Positions 8,518-18,480 of a DNA stretch of 40,035 bases are shown here, in pieces. Position 1 is the stretch's first letter; every line of letters starts with the position of its first letter. The notes below the pieces were generated by a model. The model saw only the letters and a program-made list of their open reading frames with translations. It did no database searches and was not told the origin of the DNA. Origin of the DNA: a virus; UHGV virus genome UHGV-0090445. One strand, given 5' to 3'. The position numbers were made by a program, and so were the translations under genes.

Positions 8518-9812
8518 TAATCACCCCATAGTGAAGAAAAGTTACTGCCAGTAGTAGATTGTTGCCCTGGCATATTCTGAACCGGCTCCTGATAATCAAA
8601 CTGTTTTTTAACAGTGCTCAACTTGCTTTCAAGCTGATTTCTAATCTTTCCGATAGAGTCACGAAAAGCCTTTTCACTCATTTTGGGGCTTAGGGCACCA
8701 ACCGCATCGGATAATTTTTTACCCTCAGCATCTGAAAGAGCGCCCATACCCTTCAGGGACTGCACCATAGGAAGGAATGTTTGAGCTTTAAAGGTGTCGA
8801 GCCTTGCTTCAAAGTTAGCCGCATCAGAGCCAGGAACTGTCGGAAACGCTGAGCGAATTCCTACTGCTTTTGAAAGGCCGGGGCTTTGCTCTATCTCGTT
8901 GAGAGAATCAAGCGCGGTGCTGAACGTATCAACTGCACCCTGAGCGGAGGCCTGCCTGTCAGCGCGGGCTATGTCAGCCTTTTGCCGAACATCTGCCTGT
9001 TTCTGTTTTAGCTCTTCAAGCTTTAACTGATTGCTTTCTCTGGCTATCTGTCTGTCCAGAGCCTTTTCTTGTAATTCTGCTCTTTGTATTTCTCGGGAAA
9101 GAGCAGCATTCTGTGCGCTGATGTTCTGTCCACGTATCTGGATGTCCTGACCTCGAGCTGTTAGTGCTTCTCCGGCCTGATTGCTGCGGATTGTCTCTGC
9201 CAGCCTGCCTCGGTCAATCTCACGACCAGCCATCTTGTCCTGAACATTGAAGTAGTCAATCGGACCGAGAGCAGCCATCCCAAGGTGATCAACAAACTCA
9301 CCAAATCCTGAAGGATTCTGCTGATACATCTGAGCAACGCTGTTAGGGTCAACACCTACGCGAGTCAGTTCCTTGGCGTTGTTTTGCAGCCATGATTGCA
9401 TTGCTTCTGGAGACGAGGCAGCAAGGCGTGCGCCAGCCGCTAAGGTGCCGATAGAATTGCGCTGGTCTTCATCAATGAATCCCATGCCTTTACGAACGGA
9501 TTCAATCTGGTCTGGATATTGAGTAGCCAACTGACGCAAAGCACCGCGATCACCAGACGCATAAGCATTAGCGTATGCCTGCTGAAATTCTTTCTGCCGC
9601 TGAGCCTGCTTTTCCTGCTGAAACACCCCCGCAATACCTGAAAGGCCTTGCAAAGCAGTCAGCCCAACATTGTTAGCGCCTGAACGCTCAATATCATTGT
9701 TCTGCCTGATAAGCTGAAGCGTATTGCCGATGTCATTTACGCTCGGAGCGTTTGAGTTGACGCCGCCGATACCAGCCAACAATCCGCCGTTTGTTCCTTG
9801 CCAAGTAGCCAT
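8517..9812 (-). CDS. Ejection protein, P22 gp20-like
   Basis: 431 aa; synteny between gp7 and gp16 homologs; start overlaps stop of upstream gene. Confidence 0.8.
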   Translation of the reverse strand: MATWQGTNGGLLAGIGGVNSNAPSVNDIGNTLQLIRQNNDIERSGANNVGLTALQGLSGIAGVFQQEKQAQRQKEFQQAYANAYASGDRGALRQLATQYPDQIESVRKGMGFIDEDQRNSIGTLAAGARLAASSPEAMQSWLQNNAKELTRVGVDPNSVAQMYQQNPSGFGEFVDHLGMAALGPIDYFNVQDKMAGREIDRGRLAETIRSNQAGEALTARGQDIQIRGQNISAQNAALSREIQRAELQEKALDRQIARESNQLKLEELKQKQADVRQKADIARADRQASAQGAVDTFSTALDSLNEIEQSPGLSKAVGIRSAFPTVPGSDAANFEARLDTFKAQTFLPMVQSLKGMGALSDAEGKKLSDAVGALSPKMSEKAFRDSIGKIRNQLESKLSTVKKQFDYQEPVQNMPGQQSTTGSNFSSLWGD

Positions 9813-9821
9813 GATTACCCC

Positions 9822-10514
9822 TTAAAACAACGAGCCAAGCAATCCGATACCAGCACCAATGCCAGCGCCCCAAGGCGTTGATGTTCCCAAAAGGCTGGCA
9901 AGACCTGCACCGGCAATCGCACCAGACGTGCCACCGCTAATTGCAGTCTGAAGACTTGATGGTTTATTGGCATTAGCAGCGGCAAGAGCTGCGCTTTGCT
10001 GTGCAATGCTGCTCATGTTGTTGGCGTACGTCTGCCCGGCGTTTGCCTGCCCCTGAAGAGCGCCAAGACCGATATTTGCCAGGTTGTTGTAATTGTTCAT
10101 TTGTCCAGATAGCCATTGCTGACCAAGCGTTGGTGCGATTGTTGCTAACTGATTACTGGTTGCGGTGGAACCCAATCCACCTGTTGCTTCCGCTGCCGCC
10201 AGACTCTGGTAACGAGCCTGACCTGCAAGGTCTTTATACTGCTGAGAGTTGTAATACTGATTAAGTGCCTGCCCCTGACCTTCTAAACTGGAAAGGTTCT
10301 GAAGCTGGTTAACATACTGCTCCGCAAGCGGCGTGAACGGAGCAAGGTTTTTCATGATCGTCTGCCACTGCTTATTTTGCAGGTCTGCGGCATACTTCTG
10401 AGATTCTGCTGCATACTTTGCGCTTTTATCAGAGCTGCCACCTTTCCCGCCTTTTTCAGGGCAATAAGGTTCCTCGCCGCGCAGTTTTCTGCCCAGCTTA
10501 AATGCATATAACAT
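9822..10514 (-). CDS. Ejection protein, P22 gp7-like
   Basis: 230 aa (P22 gp7 229 aa); Gln/Ala/Gly-rich with glycine-rich hydrophobic C-terminus; synteny. Confidence 0.75.
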   Translation of the reverse strand: MLYAFKLGRKLRGEEPYCPEKGGKGGSSDKSAKYAAESQKYAADLQNKQWQTIMKNLAPFTPLAEQYVNQLQNLSSLEGQGQALNQYYNSQQYKDLAGQARYQSLAAAEATGGLGSTATSNQLATIAPTLGQQWLSGQMNNYNNLANIGLGALQGQANAGQTYANNMSSIAQQSAALAAANANKPSSLQTAISGGTSGAIAGAGLASLLGTSTPWGAGIGAGIGLLGSLF

Positions 10515-10516
10515 GG

Positions 10517-10975
10517 CTATCTCCCGTGATTCAGGAAGTCGATTAGTTCTTCGCGTGTGGCGCTGTAAAACGTCACGTCATCCACGCCTTTGAAGTATTT
10601 CTTGATGGTTCCTACACGCTTAAGGCCAATCATTACGCAGTAAATCTGCCCGTGGCGGAATTTGCGTGCAGCGAACGATGTGACGCACTGAACGGTGGTG
10701 TTAGTCAGAATGTATCGCCAGAACGCCAGCCCGATTTCCTTGCTGAAGCCGCGAATCTCTGGCAGGTACATGGCGTGGCAATCGAATGTCAGCGGCTGAA
10801 TCTCCTGATAGTAAACAATGCCTCCAAACTGCCCGTGCACGTTCACCTCAAAGTAACGGCATTCAGGTTTGTAGTCGTATCCATCACCGTTGTTGCTTCC
10901 GGCAATAATGTCAGGGTGATTTCCGACTGCTTCGATCAGGTCGATGTTTCGCGTTGGTTTGAACTGAGTCATCAC
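10517..10975 (-). CDS. P22 gp14-like virion/assembly protein
   Basis: 152 aa ORF between tail needle and gp7 homologs; assigned mainly by synteny. Confidence 0.6.
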   Translation of the reverse strand: MMTQFKPTRNIDLIEAVGNHPDIIAGSNNGDGYDYKPECRYFEVNVHGQFGGIVYYQEIQPLTFDCHAMYLPEIRGFSKEIGLAFWRYILTNTTVQCVTSFAARKFRHGQIYCVMIGLKRVGTIKKYFKGVDDVTFYSATREELIDFLNHGR

Positions 10976-11925
10976 TGCTCCGCGATTATCTTGATGGTTG
11001 TGGCAGTAAACGCCGCACCATTTGACTGAATGGTTAACGTACTTCCATTTGTGGCAAGAAAGCCGTCTTTATCCACGCTGAAGAACGTAGCTAACAGGAT
11101 ATTGTCGGTTGTTGTCGCCGAGTTGCGACTGCTTACCAGTGTGTCAGGAACAGAACCGGAAAATGTTAGCTGCATTGACCTGTTGGCGGTTCCGCTGGGC
11201 CACGTCCCGACGATCGACAGCTTGAAGAACAAGGTTTTGTTCTCGTTGAACACAACCATCTTGTTGTTAACGGTGTCGAAGAATGGTGCCAACGTGCCGG
11301 ATGACGGCGTGAGCGTTTTCAGCAGGCTAACAAGGTTGGTAGGCGCTGTCGGAATTGTTACCGATACCCCTGAGTAAACAACCTCTGATTTCTTGCGCGT
11401 GGTGGCATACTGAAGCGCAGATATTCTTGTTGAGTGATCACCAACTGTGCTTTGTAGCGTCGAAATACTTCCCTCTGCCGCTGTGAGCCTGGTATCAAGT
11501 GCGTCGATATCGGTTGTATTCTGAGTTATGCGCGCATCATGGTTTGCTAACTCAGATTCATTGGCAGCAATTCGCGTATCGTGATCAGCCAGCTCTGTTT
11601 CAGCAGCCGTAATCCTTGTTTCATGATCTGCAAGAGTGCTTTCCGCTGTTGCAATTCTATGTTCATGATTGATGAGAGTTGCTTCAGCAGCTTCAATTCT
11701 GGATTCATGGTCTGCAAGGGTGACATCCTGCTCATCGTTCCTGACCTGTGCATCATAAGCGCCCTGTCCGGCCTCGTTGGCTTTGTTAGCCACGTTACCA
11801 ACATCAGTGCCCTGTGCGATAACGTAAAGCAGATACGACTGCGAGAAGATATTGCGTGGAAGGACTGATGTGTCGAGCCGTGTAGCCTGAATGATTACCG
11901 GCACATTGAGATTCGAATCCGCCAT
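10972..11925 (-). CDS. Tail needle (cell-envelope penetrating) protein, P22 gp26-like with C-terminal knob
   Basis: 317 aa; N-terminal tip [13 protein letters not shown], then tandem ~14-aa repeats ([42 protein letters not shown]) consistent with a trimeric coiled coil; about 150 aa C-terminal extension as in Sf6/HK620-type needles. Confidence 0.85.
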   Translation of the reverse strand: MADSNLNVPVIIQATRLDTSVLPRNIFSQSYLLYVIAQGTDVGNVANKANEAGQGAYDAQVRNDEQDVTLADHESRIEAAEATLINHEHRIATAESTLADHETRITAAETELADHDTRIAANESELANHDARITQNTTDIDALDTRLTAAEGSISTLQSTVGDHSTRISALQYATTRKKSEVVYSGVSVTIPTAPTNLVSLLKTLTPSSGTLAPFFDTVNNKMVVFNENKTLFFKLSIVGTWPSGTANRSMQLTFSGSVPDTLVSSRNSATTTDNILLATFFSVDKDGFLATNGSTLTIQSNGAAFTATTIKIIAEQ

Positions 11926-13343
11926 TACTCAATCCTTATCTGAGCGCCAGACAGAGTGACAGGTGACTTCGTGATAACGCGCAATTTGAAACCAATGTTT
12001 TTCCTGATGCGCCCTACTTTCTTCCACAAAACGCGTTTGTCGTAAACGAACGGTTCATTCTGCTCAATCATCTGCTCACGTCCGTAATTGATGCCGTCAG
12101 TGGTTGCCGATAGGAACAGGCGGTCAGCGTACTGCGCAACGCCAGTTGAAGATTCAACCTCAAAGTCGAAAACTCTGGCGTTATCCGCTTTGAACAACGG
12201 AGTAAACAGCAGGTGTTCCTGTTGCTTGTCGTACTGGCTGCTGATGTCGAATTGCAATTTCCCGGTCACGGACTCCAGCTTATCGCCGCACGTTATCTGA
12301 TTGCCTTCGTAAATGAAGTCGATAGCGCGGTACACATCGTCATACAAGCCTGTTTTCAGCACACACCATTGCGGACCATTGGCGCTTGAAGATGCGTCGT
12401 ACACCAGAACATGACGCGGAAGGTGGATAATCAGCAACTCATGCGCATCAAATCGCAACGATTCCATCACGCCATCAGCCAGTTCATCAGCAGTGTAGGA
12501 GCGAAGGATTTTCTCAATGCTCGCGCTGGCGATTGGTGATACCTGACCGGAGCCGATGATGTATACAGACGGTGCACCTGTTGCCGGATTGCTGATGAAC
12601 GCATAAGAATCAGCGAATGGCGTTTTGCAGTAAGTCCCGGCAATACCTTTCTGCACCATCAGCGATGGCTGTGCGACATACAAAGCAGCACCAACGGTGG
12701 TTGCACCAGTCAGGGAGAAATATTCAATCGTCGATGAACCAAAGCAGATGATGAAGTCTCGCCATGTTCCGATGCCGAGGATACCGTCCGGCTGAGACTC
12801 GGCACGATATTGTGCGCTGTAACGGTCAGGATGCGATTCGTCTTCAAGATCAGTGATAAACCATGAATCTGTACCGTCTTTTGACCACGCATAACGCCCG
12901 CGTAAGCGCGTAATGTCACGAACAGAACCTAACTCATACTGCGTGAATCCGCTGTCTGTAGGCCAGTTTGAGACTGTTTTAACCGTGCCATCATAGCGAT
13001 ACTCGACCAGTTGACCATTAACGCCTACCGCCTGAGATGTTCGACCATGCGCCATTGATACGCGACCACTTCCGGCGACGTCACCGACTTCACTTTCGCC
13101 CTTATACAGCTTGCCACCACATACGCGATAAACAGCATTCTGCGCCATGTTGTACTCAACGCCGCGAGATACACCGTTCACATCAGAACGTTTGGCAATG
13201 CCCGGGAATGAGCGAAGATATCCGCTGCTGTTCAGGATTTCTTTGGGTGTAGCCAACATATTCACTGGCAGATAGTCGATATAGTCGGCGTTTAGGAAGT
13301 CTTTGCCGACACCTTTCATAAGTGGAAGTTGCTGAATCGGCAT
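11925..13343 (-). CDS. Tail hub/accessory protein, P22 gp10-like
   Basis: 472 aa (same as P22 gp10); synteny gp4-gp10-gp26. Confidence 0.8.
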   Translation of the reverse strand: MPIQQLPLMKGVGKDFLNADYIDYLPVNMLATPKEILNSSGYLRSFPGIAKRSDVNGVSRGVEYNMAQNAVYRVCGGKLYKGESEVGDVAGSGRVSMAHGRTSQAVGVNGQLVEYRYDGTVKTVSNWPTDSGFTQYELGSVRDITRLRGRYAWSKDGTDSWFITDLEDESHPDRYSAQYRAESQPDGILGIGTWRDFIICFGSSTIEYFSLTGATTVGAALYVAQPSLMVQKGIAGTYCKTPFADSYAFISNPATGAPSVYIIGSGQVSPIASASIEKILRSYTADELADGVMESLRFDAHELLIIHLPRHVLVYDASSSANGPQWCVLKTGLYDDVYRAIDFIYEGNQITCGDKLESVTGKLQFDISSQYDKQQEHLLFTPLFKADNARVFDFEVESSTGVAQYADRLFLSATTDGINYGREQMIEQNEPFVYDKRVLWKKVGRIRKNIGFKLRVITKSPVTLSGAQIRIE

Positions 13344-13352
13344 TTATTCACC

Positions 13353-13814
13353 TCACGTACTCGGATCATCTTTCTCGATGTAAAACCGATTCCACGTAAA
13401 CGCGCTTTTGTTACCACTACCGCGAGGCATGTCATTTCGTCGCTCAAGTGGTGGTATTTTGGTTAAAGCGATACAGATTGTCTGATATGCACTGTCAGCA
13501 GCGGTCAGGAGAGCATCCGACGGCTGAATGACGTTATCCATGCACACCTGCACAGCGAGCTTCAAAGCGACGCCATCATTTGCCCATGCAGGGATACCTG
13601 AATCATCGTCAGGTAACGGCATGATGCCGTTTTCTGTATCAGCAAACTGATATCCAAGCTCGATACCTTTCGCCTGCCATGCTGCCATCATGTCTTCGAG
13701 GTCATTAATGGCATCTTCAATTGCCTGAGGGTCGGCATCTGTCAACGTGGCATTGGAATACAGCCCGGCTTTTCGTAAAGCCTTAAGAACGAGATCACCC
13801 TTCGTTTTCGCCAT
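13353..13814 (-). CDS. Tail accessory protein, P22 gp4-like
   Basis: 153 aa; synteny downstream of coat and upstream of gp10 homolog. Confidence 0.75.
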   Translation of the reverse strand: MAKTKGDLVLKALRKAGLYSNATLTDADPQAIEDAINDLEDMMAAWQAKGIELGYQFADTENGIMPLPDDDSGIPAWANDGVALKLAVQVCMDNVIQPSDALLTAADSAYQTICIALTKIPPLERRNDMPRGSGNKSAFTWNRFYIEKDDPST

Positions 13815-13983
13815 CTTCTTCTGCCTTAGCCACTTTTTGCTTCGTTGCGGTTTCTTCAGGAGTTTTTACCCAGCCTTTTTTCAGGTGAGATTTAACTTCT
13901 TCGTCATCAACAATGATGTAATCGACAGCAAACTGACCACAGGTGATCATGTTTCCCGGCTTATAGAGCATTGTTCGTGCCAT
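13795..13983 (-). CDS. Small conserved hypothetical protein between coat and gp4
   Basis: Internal start at ATG 13983 (MARTMLYKPG...) with SD GGGAGAAG; the upstream part of track ORF 13795..14022 overlaps a terminator hairpin and is rejected. Confidence 0.5.
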   Translation of the reverse strand: MARTMLYKPGNMITCGQFAVDYIIVDDEEVKSHLKKGWVKTPEETATKQKVAKAEEDGENEG

Positions 13984-13993
13984 TGTCTTCTCC

Positions 13994-14020
13994 CAATAAA
14001 AATGGGGCCGAAGCCCCACC
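13994..14020 (-). terminator. Hairpin terminator/stabiliser immediately after the coat gene
   Basis: Minus strand reads TGGGGC-TTCG-GCCCCA followed by TTTTTATTG, directly after the coat stop codon. Confidence 0.5.
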
Positions 14021-14024
14021 AAAA

Positions 14025-15278
14025 TTACTGCCCGGCAATAACGATGCCCGTATATTCAGGAACAAGTACAGAGCAACCGTACAGAGTGGTGAAACGAGCA
14101 GTGGTTACGCCTTTGATGTGGTCGAAGGCGTAAGACATGATCAGCGTAGCGCCCTGCTCGGTGGTTGCTGTCATTACCTGTGGACCCTGACCAGTCGGGA
14201 ACGCCAGTTTGCCGTACATCAGTTCAACAGAACCATCAGCCCAGAACAGGTTAGCCGGTGCGGCATTTTTGTTGAGAATGGTGATTGCTGCGCTACTTGC
14301 CGCATTAGCATCAACGTTTGCATATGGACGGCTGGCGACATCCGCGTTGTCAGGCGGCAGAATTTTCGGGGAGATAGTTACTGTCGTTCCGCTTACTGCC
14401 AGAACGCGGAATACCTGCGGCTGCCCGGTGGTATCTTTGGTGATCTGGTGTACAGAATTCACCCCTGCAATGGTAAACGCATCGCCAACCTGCAAACCTT
14501 CAGTAGATACCGTAATGGTCCCCTGTCGGTTATCAACTGGCATATCGTTAGCATCTTTCGCTTCAACTTTGTGCGCAGGTGCTGCTGCCAGCGTAATGGA
14601 AGTTGCTGTCCCTTTCGGAACACGACCAGAAATATCAGTCTTGTAGCTATCAAAGGAAGCAACCGGAGGGATCTGCGCTTTTTCGTATGCTGTCAGGGTT
14701 GCACCCTGAGCGTAGGCACGGTGACCAAGCTCGCCAGCAAGGTCTTTGTAGTTGAAGGGGTTCCAGAAAGAGCGACGGTTGATACCCTGCGGTACACCAA
14801 TCGCCGTCATGGTGGCATCAATACCTGCCGCACAGTTCCACAAATCACGGCCCTGTGAACCAGTGGTTGAGTCAGCCATCGTGATCACGTTAGTAGCACG
14901 CTGCGTAACCATGGAAATCAGGTCAGAGTCAATCTGTGCAGCAAGGCGCATACCTGCGGCGCGACCAGCTTCAGTTTTATGTTCCGGGTCACGCATTTCA
15001 CGCGCATCCAGAGTGTACAGAATGTTTTTCGGTTCCTTGAACACAGAAGGAACAAGGCGCTGAACCAGTGCTGTTGGCGTTTTGCCGCTGAGGTCTAGGC
15101 CTTCCTCAATGTTCATGTGGTAATGCTGCGGACGATACAGAACATCACCTGCTCGCTGCATTGCTGTATCACCGGGACGGAATTTTTTAGCGTTACGGGA
15201 AACTACGCAGGCGGCCTCAAAGCCTTCAACGTAGTTTTCGAACATGATTTCAAGGTCTTTTGCTAATTGGTTAGCCAT
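14025..15278 (-). CDS. Major capsid (coat) protein, P22 gp5-like
   Basis: 417 aa (P22 coat 430 aa); between scaffold and gp4 homologs; followed by hairpin. Confidence 0.85.
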   Translation of the reverse strand: MANQLAKDLEIMFENYVEGFEAACVVSRNAKKFRPGDTAMQRAGDVLYRPQHYHMNIEEGLDLSGKTPTALVQRLVPSVFKEPKNILYTLDAREMRDPEHKTEAGRAAGMRLAAQIDSDLISMVTQRATNVITMADSTTGSQGRDLWNCAAGIDATMTAIGVPQGINRRSFWNPFNYKDLAGELGHRAYAQGATLTAYEKAQIPPVASFDSYKTDISGRVPKGTATSITLAAAPAHKVEAKDANDMPVDNRQGTITVSTEGLQVGDAFTIAGVNSVHQITKDTTGQPQVFRVLAVSGTTVTISPKILPPDNADVASRPYANVDANAASSAAITILNKNAAPANLFWADGSVELMYGKLAFPTGQGPQVMTATTEQGATLIMSYAFDHIKGVTTARFTTLYGCSVLVPEYTGIVIAGQ

Positions 15279-15296
15279 GCTTAATGCTCCGATAGG

Positions 15297-16190
15297 TTAT
15301 TTTTTTGCCTTTTTAGCAGCGAAATACGGCGTCCAGTCACCAGTTTCCAGCGCCTTGGCTTTCAGTTTGTCGAGGTTATTGATTACTGCGCCGTTGCTCC
15401 CCTTAACTGTCGGGGTTGTGGCTGCCGTGGTTTTTGCTTTTGGCATGATTCTGGCCTTCGATTCGATACGTTCCAGCAGACGACCAATTGCTACGGGGTT
15501 GGTAGCTTCTGCCAGTTGCTTGCGCAGTTCAGCGTTGCGACCGAGTGCCAGAACAACGATTTCCGGCTTCTCTGACTCAAACAGGATCGCGTTTTGTGTC
15601 TCGATGGGGATTTCCTCGAGTACGGCCTGCTCAGCTTCCTGATAGCCAGGAACTTTGAGAGCCTTAACACGTTGCTGATATTTGGATAATCGCTCTTGAT
15701 AGGCAGCCTGAAGCTCCTGCTCCTTCTGCTTGCGAGCCATCTCCTGTTGCTGGTACTTACCGTTATCCTCTGCCCACTTAGCCATGCGTTGCTGGTAGAT
15801 TTCTTCATCGAAACCGATGTCCTCATCATCCAGTTTTGGCATTCGCGGTGGTTGAGTGATTGCCGGCTGCTGCTCGACGGGTTTCTGAGACTGACGCATC
15901 AGCTCTTTCAGCTCGCGGTCTTTCTCTTTAATCGTCTTGCGCAGGTGTTTTACCAGTCCATGCTCAGCGCCATCTTCGCTGGTTGGCGAATCCAGCTTTT
16001 CGTCACCAAAGTAGAATTCCTGTTCTGATTCGTCGTCATCAGTTTCAGTAGCCTCCTCAGCATCATTGCCTGAGGACTCACTGCCATCTTCTGTTTCGAC
16101 TTCTTCAGCCAGTTCGACATCATCAGGAATCTGCTCTGACGCGTCGGTTTCTATTTCAACTTCTGGTGTGTTTTCTGCCATCTGGTCCAT
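15297..16190 (-). CDS. Scaffolding protein, P22 gp8-like
   Basis: 297 aa; highly acidic N-terminus, coiled-coil-like middle, basic C-terminus; between portal and coat. Confidence 0.8.
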   Translation of the reverse strand: MDQMAENTPEVEIETDASEQIPDDVELAEEVETEDGSESSGNDAEEATETDDDESEQEFYFGDEKLDSPTSEDGAEHGLVKHLRKTIKEKDRELKELMRQSQKPVEQQPAITQPPRMPKLDDEDIGFDEEIYQQRMAKWAEDNGKYQQQEMARKQKEQELQAAYQERLSKYQQRVKALKVPGYQEAEQAVLEEIPIETQNAILFESEKPEIVVLALGRNAELRKQLAEATNPVAIGRLLERIESKARIMPKAKTTAATTPTVKGSNGAVINNLDKLKAKALETGDWTPYFAAKKAKK

Positions 16191-16280
16191 TTGTTACCCC
16201 TGTTTACTCGATGTTCAGCCCATCGGAAGGCAATAGGGTGCCAGGCCTCATAAAGACAGCCATTGCACGTTATGGGTTAA

Positions 16281-18479
16281 TTACTGCTGTGGTTGTTGCT
16301 GAGTTGATTTTTGCAGGATGCTGCTGATGTCCATGCGCTGCGCATGACCCTGTGCCTGACTTTTCAGGACAAGCTCTGCATCAGCACGGGCATTGTCTCC
16401 TTGCTGTTGCTGGAACTGTCCGAGCAGTTTCAGAGCCTCGCGGATATCAGATTTCTGCTGGCTATCGGCAGATGCGAGGATTTTCACAACGTTTGCCGCT
16501 GCAACCTGAGCATCAGTCTGTGCCTGGAATGCTTTAACCTGAATGGCTGCCTGTTCGTTCTGCGCTTTCTGCAATTCAGCCTGACCTGCAAGAAGCTGAC
16601 CTTGCGCTGCAACCATAGCCGGATCTGGCTGACTGGCCTGTTGTTGTTTCGCCTGCTCAACCATTTGCTGTTCTTCAGGCGTTCTCGGCTTGATAACGCC
16701 AGACAGAAGCAACTGATTGCGGTTGTATTCTTTCAGGTCGTCCATCCCTTCGCCGTCCATATTGTCGAGAATCATCGATGATACAAGGTCATGCTTCGGC
16801 GTTCCTGGCGGGATAAGTGCCAGCATGGAAAGTAACGACTTAACCGTTGCATCACGGCGAGTAGCGAACGACTGACCGACATCGACAGTCACTTCATAGT
16901 TACCCTGCGAAAGGTCGTTAAGCGCGATAACCTTCCCTGTCTGACGGTCAACCACTTCACCAGTCATCAGCGCCACGTCATCGCTGCCATCCTCATTAAC
17001 GATGCGCATTGGCGTATCGCTGCCATAGACTTCACGAGCCATAGAAAGCCACACGACGCCAGCACGGCGCATGGATTTAGCCATGTTGTCCATGTAGATA
17101 TAGGACTGCGTGTCCATCCGGTTAAAGATGCTATCAACGGTATCGGTAGCGACGTTGCTCGGCATGTTCTCAAGCTGCGACGCACCTGTAATTTGCTGAA
17201 TAGCCGTTCCGGTGTACTGCAATAGCCCAGCAAGAGCAGGAGGCATTTGTGTCGGAGGTGTCCAGCCAGCAACCTGAGCCTCTGAAATGACCGTTCCGTT
17301 TTTGTCCTTCTTGCTGGTCATGGGAAGAACTGCAGGTCTTTTCTTATTCCTCTCTGCCCAGTGATTCATTAATGGACCGGGAATGAAATCAACATCCACG
17401 ATAGGAATGCCATCGCCGCCAGCCTGAGTAGCGTTATCTGCAATCATGGAAACCATCAGGTTCTCAAGACGCTGTGCATCCATCGCTTTTGCTGCGTGGC
17501 CTTCGATTCGCTCCTGATTATCAACAAATGAACGACGCCCATATACCGGGATGAGAGGAATATGTTCGCCCGGAATACGCTTCGGTTCTTCCAGCCATTC
17601 AGCGCCAGACAGAAGACCGCAATAAACTCGGCGTTTCTTCACCGTTCGCTCGCCAATCAGTTCGAATGCACCATCGGTCAGCTCGTCGACAATATCTTTG
17701 ATTTGCTCTTCATCATAGATTGCCGTTTCTCCGCTGACAGGGTTACGCCATGCTGTGAGCTTCACCTTCTCTATGCGGACTTCGTAGTAGCGTCCAACAT
17801 AGATGGCGTCAGGCGTTGACCAGTCATACTGAGTACCAGTGTCATCACGAGAAAGGCTTGCCGCGATGGAATCAGGGTATTCAGCCTCGAACGCTTTAGG
17901 CGTCATGGAGAACATTTCCATAGCCCACATGGCATCAGAGCGGTCATATTGCTTGCTGTCCTGATCGAAGAAGACGCATGTCGCCGGGTCGTAAACAGGA
18001 AGAAGGCTGATGCGTCGCTGCTCGTTACTCGGATCCATTTCATCTTCGTAATCAGCACACATGCGGAAACAACCGAATCCGCCCGTTACAGCATCATCAA
18101 ATGCGTTATCACACGCTTCGCCACCGGATGTTTCCTGATAATCAGCGCGGAATTTGCCGTTCATCTTTTCGGCTAACGCTTCCGATGCCTTGTCATCCTT
18201 CGGCCTGAATTTAACGCTGATGCGATTCTGTCGATACTCGCCAATGATGCGATCACATTCACGGGCAATCTTATTCAGTTCAAAGCGCGGGTAATGCTCA
18301 AACCTGCCTTCATCAAATGAGTAACCAGCGTTTGTGCTGCCTTCCCACTGTGCGCCGGACACCCGGACGAAACGTTGAGCCTCAATAATCTGCTTACGCA
18401 TATCCTGCGTTGCTGACCAGGCATTATCAAAGTTGCACAGCACCTTGCGATGCCAGTCAGTCATCTTTTTTTCTGCCAT
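16281..18479 (-). CDS. Portal protein, P22 gp1-like
   Basis: 732 aa (P22 portal 725 aa) with Gln-rich C-terminal barrel-like tail; directly downstream of TerL. Confidence 0.9.
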   Translation of the reverse strand: MAEKKMTDWHRKVLCNFDNAWSATQDMRKQIIEAQRFVRVSGAQWEGSTNAGYSFDEGRFEHYPRFELNKIARECDRIIGEYRQNRISVKFRPKDDKASEALAEKMNGKFRADYQETSGGEACDNAFDDAVTGGFGCFRMCADYEDEMDPSNEQRRISLLPVYDPATCVFFDQDSKQYDRSDAMWAMEMFSMTPKAFEAEYPDSIAASLSRDDTGTQYDWSTPDAIYVGRYYEVRIEKVKLTAWRNPVSGETAIYDEEQIKDIVDELTDGAFELIGERTVKKRRVYCGLLSGAEWLEEPKRIPGEHIPLIPVYGRRSFVDNQERIEGHAAKAMDAQRLENLMVSMIADNATQAGGDGIPIVDVDFIPGPLMNHWAERNKKRPAVLPMTSKKDKNGTVISEAQVAGWTPPTQMPPALAGLLQYTGTAIQQITGASQLENMPSNVATDTVDSIFNRMDTQSYIYMDNMAKSMRRAGVVWLSMAREVYGSDTPMRIVNEDGSDDVALMTGEVVDRQTGKVIALNDLSQGNYEVTVDVGQSFATRRDATVKSLLSMLALIPPGTPKHDLVSSMILDNMDGEGMDDLKEYNRNQLLLSGVIKPRTPEEQQMVEQAKQQQASQPDPAMVAAQGQLLAGQAELQKAQNEQAAIQVKAFQAQTDAQVAAANVVKILASADSQQKSDIREALKLLGQFQQQQGDNARADAELVLKSQAQGHAQRMDISSILQKSTQQQPQQ

Positions 18480-18480
18480 A

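Noticed and set aside
11547-11868. Overlapping 85-aa and 95-aa ORFs on both strands
   Set aside because: They lie inside the tail needle gene and arise from its 14-aa repeat DNA; no independent start signals.
13971-14858. 295-aa plus-strand ORF, plus other long antisense ORFs such as 14209..14646 and 16311..16781
   Set aside because: Antisense to the coat and portal genes; no family resemblance and no start signals.
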